NCBI GenBank assembly: GCA_963801355.1
Contig: CAWDEM010000008.1
Span: 928,001 to 992,000 of the forward strand
From: Ignavibacteriota bacterium
GTDB taxonomy: Bacteria > Bacteroidota > Ignavibacteria > UBA10030 > UBA6906
Length of the DNA stretch: 64,000 bases
Direction: 5' to 3'
Shown: positions 59,170 through 64,000 of the stretch, in pieces
Numbering within the stretch: position 1 is the first letter of the stretch
How the letters are laid out: every line of letters begins with the position of its first letter
Program-made: the position numbers and the translations under genes
Notes under the pieces: generated by a model
Seen by the model: the letters and a program-made list of their open reading frames with translations, nothing else
Database searches by the model: none
Told to the model about the DNA's origin: nothing

Positions 59170-60654
59170 ATGCCTCGTCCCCTAAACGTTCTCTTTCTTT
59201 CGAGTGAAGTGGAGCCTTTCGCCAAGACCGGCGGGCTGGCCGACGTGTCTGGCGCGCTCCCCCAGGTGATCCGGGAAATGGATCACGAAATCCGCATCAT
59301 GATGCCCCGCTACAGCTGCATCAATGAGCGGAAGTCCAGGCTGCACGAAATGATCCGGATGAAAGACGTCATGATTCCGGTCGGGAAACAGCAATACGCC
59401 GCCAACCTGAAATCATCATTCATCGATACGACCCACAGCAAGGTTCAGGTCTACATGCTGGATAATCCGGAGCTGTTCGGCCGGACGGGCCTGTATGTCA
59501 ATCCCGATACCCGCAAGGACTATCCCGACAACGACATCCGGTTCACGTTTTTCTGCCGCGGGGCTCTCGACATGCTCAAGCGCCTCGGCTGGGCTCCCGA
59601 TGTCATTCATTGTAACGACTGGCCGACGGGACTGGTTCCTGCGTTCCTGAAGACGCTCTACGCGAACGACCCCTTTTACAAAGACACGCGCTCCGTCTTC
59701 ACGATCCACAATATGGCGTATCAGGGAGTGTTCCCCCACACTTCATTTGCGCGTACGCTCCTCCCCAAAGCCCTTGACTCCGAACAGGGGGTCATCGCGT
59801 TCGGCAATCTCAATTTTCTGAAGGCAGGGCTGGTGTTCGCCGACGCGATCACCACCGTCAGCGAAAAATACGCGGAGGAGATCCGCTCCTCCGACGAATA
59901 CGGATGCGGCTTGCAGGACATCGCGGAACGCCGCGCGCACGTGCTCCGCGGGATTCTGAACGGCGTGGATTACAGTGTCTGGGATCCTGCGGTGGACGAG
60001 CTGATACCCCACCGGTATGACGTGAAGTCCCTCGATCTCAAGGCGGAAAATAAGCGGGCCTTGCTGCAGCGCATGGGGCTTCCGTACGACGCCGCCGTGC
60101 CCGTCATCGGGATCATCTCCCGTCTTGCAGATCAGAAGGGTTTCGACCTGATCGACATGATCATGGATGACCTCATGAAGATGCATGTGCAGCTGGTGGT
60201 GCTGGGAACCGGAGAAAAAAAGTATCACGATCTCTTCGAGAAGGCCGCGCGGAAGCACCCCGGCAAAGTGGGTGTCGCCCTCCGTTTCGACGACGAGCTT
60301 GCGCATCTCATCGAAGCGGGGAGTGACATGTTCCTCATGCCTTCACGCTACGAACCATGCGGTCTGAATCAGATCTACAGCCTGCGGTACGGCACCGTGC
60401 CGATTGTCCGTGCCACCGGCGGGTTGGATGATACGATCACGGAGTTTCAGCCGTCGACGGGGACCGGCACGGGTTTCAAATTTGCCCGTTATGACAGCGG
60501 TGAGTTGTTGAAGGCGGTGCAGCGGGCTGTTGCAGTCTTCGCCGACACGACCGCCTGGCACAAGTTGATGAAGCACGGCATGGCCCAGGATTTCTCGTGG
60601 GAGACTTCCGCCAAGAAGTATATCCAGGTGTATAGGAGTCTCGCACACAAGTGA
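59170..60654 (+). CDS. glgA: Glycogen synthase
   Basis: PFAKTGGLADV, HCNDW, TIHNMAYQG, RLADQKG, PSRYEPCGL. Confidence 0.95.
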   Translation: MPRPLNVLFLSSEVEPFAKTGGLADVSGALPQVIREMDHEIRIMMPRYSCINERKSRLHEMIRMKDVMIPVGKQQYAANLKSSFIDTTHSKVQVYMLDNPELFGRTGLYVNPDTRKDYPDNDIRFTFFCRGALDMLKRLGWAPDVIHCNDWPTGLVPAFLKTLYANDPFYKDTRSVFTIHNMAYQGVFPHTSFARTLLPKALDSEQGVIAFGNLNFLKAGLVFADAITTVSEKYAEEIRSSDEYGCGLQDIAERRAHVLRGILNGVDYSVWDPAVDELIPHRYDVKSLDLKAENKRALLQRMGLPYDAAVPVIGIISRLADQKGFDLIDMIMDDLMKMHVQLVVLGTGEKKYHDLFEKAARKHPGKVGVALRFDDELAHLIEAGSDMFLMPSRYEPCGLNQIYSLRYGTVPIVRATGGLDDTITEFQPSTGTGTGFKFARYDSGELLKAVQRAVAVFADTTAWHKLMKHGMAQDFSWETSAKKYIQVYRSLAHK

Positions 60655-61250
60655 TAGACGGACGCATCGCGGTTTTTTTCGATCGTGACGGGACGCTGAT
60701 TGAGGATGTGGGATATCTACGAACACCCGATGAAGTCCGTCTGATCCCGGGTGCGGCTGCAGCGGTCCGTCTGTTGAATGAGCGGCGGATCTTTACCTGC
60801 GTGGTGTCCAATCAATCCGGTGTGGCCCGCGGATTCTATACCGAAGCGGATCTGGTGCCGATTCATGACCGGCTGCAGAGAGAACTTGCCTCGGGGGGGG
60901 CACATCTCGACCGCATCTATTATTGTCCGCACCACCTGACGGAGGGGCGCCCACCGTACAACATCGACTGCACGTGCCGCAAGCCACGCACCGGCATGGT
61001 GCAACGGGCCGCTTCCGAAGTGCCGATCGCACTGGAGAAGTCGTTCGTCGTCGGCGACAAGGTGTCCGACATCGAACTCGGCAAGGCCGTCGGCGCGCAG
61101 AGCATCCTGGTGCTCACAGGTTTTGGCCGCCCATCGCTGGTGGAGTCTCGCGAGAACGGGATTTTCCCCGACTATGTCGCTCCCACCGTGACCGAAGCGG
61201 TTGCGTTCATCATGCAACATCTTGAAGGAGTATCTCATCCTCATGCATAA
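60651..61250 (+). CDS. gmhB: D-glycero-D-manno-heptose-1,7-bisphosphate phosphatase-like HAD enzyme
   Basis: DRDGT, SNQSGVARG, YCPHH..CTCRKP..GM, VGDKVSD. Confidence 0.8.
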   Translation: MIDGRIAVFFDRDGTLIEDVGYLRTPDEVRLIPGAAAAVRLLNERRIFTCVVSNQSGVARGFYTEADLVPIHDRLQRELASGGAHLDRIYYCPHHLTEGRPPYNIDCTCRKPRTGMVQRAASEVPIALEKSFVVGDKVSDIELGKAVGAQSILVLTGFGRPSLVESRENGIFPDYVAPTVTEAVAFIMQHLEGVSHPHA

Positions 61251-62442
61251 CGGTATCAGTCGCGGCCTGTTCCTGCCGCTTGTGCTGTCCGTGCTTACCG
61301 TGCTGTTGTCCGCGTGCAGCGACGACCCGACAGAGCAGAACGCTCTCCTTACACCCCAACTCCCCTTCATCGAGATGTCGGTGCGCGAAAGCACCATTGT
61401 CGCAATCGGAGGTGCTACGTTTAAACAACCGGTCGCGATGAACGGCTCCGTAAACCTCGTGGGACGCACGGGAAACTACACCGCTTCCACGGTGCTCGCA
61501 TTTTTTTCCAACTACTTCCCTACCCGTGACACCGTGAATGTGGTCTCCGCGACACTCTACCTGCACGGGGCGACGTTCTACGGCGATTCCACGGGTCAGC
61601 TGAGCTTTACGGTACACCGGATTGAGCGTTCGTGGAACCAGGTGACATTGACCTGGGACAGTGTACAAACCGGATTTTACGACGCCTCCGTGGTTCGTGG
61701 AACCTATGCCGGCACCATCGGAGCTGATACCGAACAGGTAGCGATCGAGCTCGACACAACCATGGCGCGCCAGTGGCTGTTCACACCCCCGACGACCGAC
61801 AACATATACCGCTACGGGATGATCCTTGTGCCCACCGCATCGGGGACGGTCGTCCGCGGGTTTCGGTCGTTCGAAAACGACTCCTCCAGCTGGAACCCGA
61901 GCGTTCGTCTCATCTGTCGGAACGTTGCGGGCACGGTACTCGACACGACAACCTACTACCTCGGCATCGACACCTTTGTCGGGAATATTGACAATCTCGA
62001 CACGGATTCAAAACTCTTCTACGTACAGGCGGGAGTCGTCTACCGCAACATCGTGAATTTTGACGTCTCGTTCATTCCGAAGGGAGCCATTGTCAACGCG
62101 GCGGCACTGACGCTGCAGGGCGACGCGGCGACGACCAGGGTCAACCGCTTCGCGGGAGATACGGCCATTGCGGTGCACCTCATGCAGGGTGCGACGACGA
62201 GTTCCGATTTCAATGCCTCCGGAGTCTCCATGCGGCTCGTGCCGGGGTCGTCAACGACGTACCGCGCCGATATCGCCGCGGATGTGCAGTCGTGGGTGCG
62301 GGGATCAAATTACGGGGTCCTGCTGCGCATCGACGGCACGCGCGAGTTTCAGTCGTTGGATCTTGTGACAGTGTGGAACCACCTCGCGGATGCGTCGCGT
62401 GTGCCGCGCCTGAAGATCATCTATTCCGTGCCGAAGAATTGA
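61243..62442 (+). CDS. Lipoprotein, hypothetical (possibly DUF4270-like)
   Basis: Lipobox LLSAC-SDDP; beta-rich; C-terminal PRLKIIYS; lies near glgA. Confidence 0.7.
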   Translation: MHNGISRGLFLPLVLSVLTVLLSACSDDPTEQNALLTPQLPFIEMSVRESTIVAIGGATFKQPVAMNGSVNLVGRTGNYTASTVLAFFSNYFPTRDTVNVVSATLYLHGATFYGDSTGQLSFTVHRIERSWNQVTLTWDSVQTGFYDASVVRGTYAGTIGADTEQVAIELDTTMARQWLFTPPTTDNIYRYGMILVPTASGTVVRGFRSFENDSSSWNPSVRLICRNVAGTVLDTTTYYLGIDTFVGNIDNLDTDSKLFYVQAGVVYRNIVNFDVSFIPKGAIVNAAALTLQGDAATTRVNRFAGDTAIAVHLMQGATTSSDFNASGVSMRLVPGSSTTYRADIAADVQSWVRGSNYGVLLRIDGTREFQSLDLVTVWNHLADASRVPRLKIIYSVPKN

Positions 62443-62455
62443 GGAGGCCAACCAC

Positions 62456-63709
62456 GTGAGCAGACGGAACACATTCCTGGCGCTGACCATCGCGCTGGCC
62501 TCACAGACCCTTCTGGCGGGGAGCGGCGGATCCATTTATTCCCTCATCGGCATCGGTGACCTCAGGTATATGCCCGGTGTTCGCGCCACCGGGATGGGTT
62601 ATGCAGGGTACGCCCTCACCAGTCCGTATGCTATCAATACGCTGTCGCCTGCGACATGGGGCAAAATCGAACGGCCGCGCGTTGAGGCAAGCATGCTGTA
62701 CGAGGGCTTCAAGTCATCCAACGTGACGACCTCCCGCTTTCTCGCCCGCGGAGACGTCAGCAGCGCAATCCTGGCCTTCCCCCTGTCCACAGCGCGGGGC
62801 ATCGTCCTTGCCGCGGGATTCACTCCCTTCAGCAAGGTGGACTATGACACCTACTCCGCCGCCGGATATACCACGGCGACGGATACGATGGAATACAGCC
62901 TGCACCATACCGGGACGGGCGGGGTCAGCAAAGGGCTGATCGGAGTTTCCTACACGCCTCTCCGCGGCTTGAACCTCGGGGTGTCGGTCAATTATCTGTT
63001 TGGCACCATAGAACGCGCCATCACCATGACCCCGCGTGCTTCGACATTTAGCCCCGGGAGCCGGAATGAAGAAACGACATTGAGCGGCCCGACCTTCACT
63101 CTCGCGGTGATGGTGGACAGCCTTGAGGGCGTCGCCGGGTTTCTCCGTCCTTTCGCGTTCGGCCTGGTTGCCACCACGCGGTCAAACCTGACCAGCACGC
63201 ACAGGTTCACTTACACGTACAGCGGTCTCCAGGATACGTCGAGTGAGGAAACCAATAACATATCGATCCCCGCATCGTTCGGTGTGGGCGTTGCGTATTT
63301 TCCGTCCGAACGGTGGATACTCGCGTTCGACTACTCAATGCAACCCTGGGCCAGTATGGAGTTCCGGGGCCGGACACCGGACGGTATCCGTAATTCATGG
63401 AGGGCGGGATTCGGTGTGGAGCGTTTGCCGGCGCGCGAAGCGGGCGTGCCGCTGCTTGACCGGCTCGCCTACCGTCTCGGCTTCACGTATGAGTCCACCT
63501 ACTACAGTCCCAACGGTCTGGGCATTGATGCCTGGGCGGTGACGGGAGGTCTCGGACTTCCGGTGAGTTCCGACGCGAGGCTGAATCTCGCCATTGAATA
63601 CGGGTCGCGCGGCATGGTCGACAACGGCCTGATCAAAGACAACATACTGCGGTTCTCCGCATCGCTCTCCATCAGCGAATTGTGGTACCAACGCCCCGAC
63701 GAGGACTAA
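62456..63709 (+). CDS. FadL/PorV-like outer-membrane beta-barrel protein
   Basis: Signal peptide, [24 protein letters not shown]-terminal SISELW. Confidence 0.72.
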   Translation: MSRRNTFLALTIALASQTLLAGSGGSIYSLIGIGDLRYMPGVRATGMGYAGYALTSPYAINTLSPATWGKIERPRVEASMLYEGFKSSNVTTSRFLARGDVSSAILAFPLSTARGIVLAAGFTPFSKVDYDTYSAAGYTTATDTMEYSLHHTGTGGVSKGLIGVSYTPLRGLNLGVSVNYLFGTIERAITMTPRASTFSPGSRNEETTLSGPTFTLAVMVDSLEGVAGFLRPFAFGLVATTRSNLTSTHRFTYTYSGLQDTSSEETNNISIPASFGVGVAYFPSERWILAFDYSMQPWASMEFRGRTPDGIRNSWRAGFGVERLPAREAGVPLLDRLAYRLGFTYESTYYSPNGLGIDAWAVTGGLGLPVSSDARLNLAIEYGSRGMVDNGLIKDNILRFSASLSISELWYQRPDED

Positions 63710-63710
63710 G

Positions 63711-64000
63711 ATGCTCACGCTGCAGCAGCAGGATCCTGAGGTTTTCGCGGCGGTCCGGAGTGAGACCCGCCGCCAGAACACCACGCTGGAATTGATCGCT
63801 TCGGAAAACTTCGTGAGCCAGGCCGTGCTGGAGGCGGTCGGCTCGCCGCTGACAAACAAATACGCGGAAGGATATCCGGGCAAGCGATACTACGGCGGCT
63901 GCGAATTCGTGGACCAGGCCGAAACCCTTGCCCGCGATCGCGCCAGGGAACTTTTCGGCGCAGCCTACGCCAATGTGCAACCCCATTCCGGGTCCCAGGC
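63711..64000 (+). CDS. glyA: Serine hydroxymethyltransferase, 3'-truncated by the window edge
   Basis: Manual translation [49 protein letters not shown]. Confidence 0.96.
   Translation, partial: MLTLQQQDPEVFAAVRSETRRQNTTLELIASENFVSQAVLEAVGSPLTNKYAEGYPGKRYYGGCEFVDQAETLARDRARELFGAAYANVQPHSGSQ

Overview
This 64-kb window is a GC-rich, gene-dense chromosomal segment from a Bacteroidota-related (probably Ignavibacteria-like) bacterium; the taxonomy is inferred from gene content. A ~39-kb minus-strand run carries sprA-porX-tsaE-tsaB-accD-panC-glmU-like-lytR_C-rsfS-argS, then a Wzx/Wzy polysaccharide locus, then accA, a thioesterase, a Trm112-like gene missing from the ORF track, nadC, a flippase, DUF1385 and prfA. 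It is followed by lptFG. A second type IX secretion (T9SS) operon encodes porU, porV, a catalytically degenerate M6-like/FG-GAP cargo, a frameshifted gluzincin/beta-propeller/Omp85-like protein and a secreted hypothetical protein. The window ends with glgA, gmhB, a lipoprotein, a FadL-like barrel and partial glyA. I saw no rRNA, tRNA, CRISPR array or transposase. The most notable signals are: (1) a ~175-nt structured RNA leader upstream of porU, with a consensus promoter, a 37-bp G-U-containing rod, an alternative pairing and an intrinsic terminator; (2) two REP-like hairpins inserted in frame in a signal peptide; (3) a dead protease gene coupled to an apparently active one in the porUV operon; (4) several small intergenic repeat families, one flanked by a 13-bp direct repeat. 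All calls come from reading the sequence by eye; no database searches were run.
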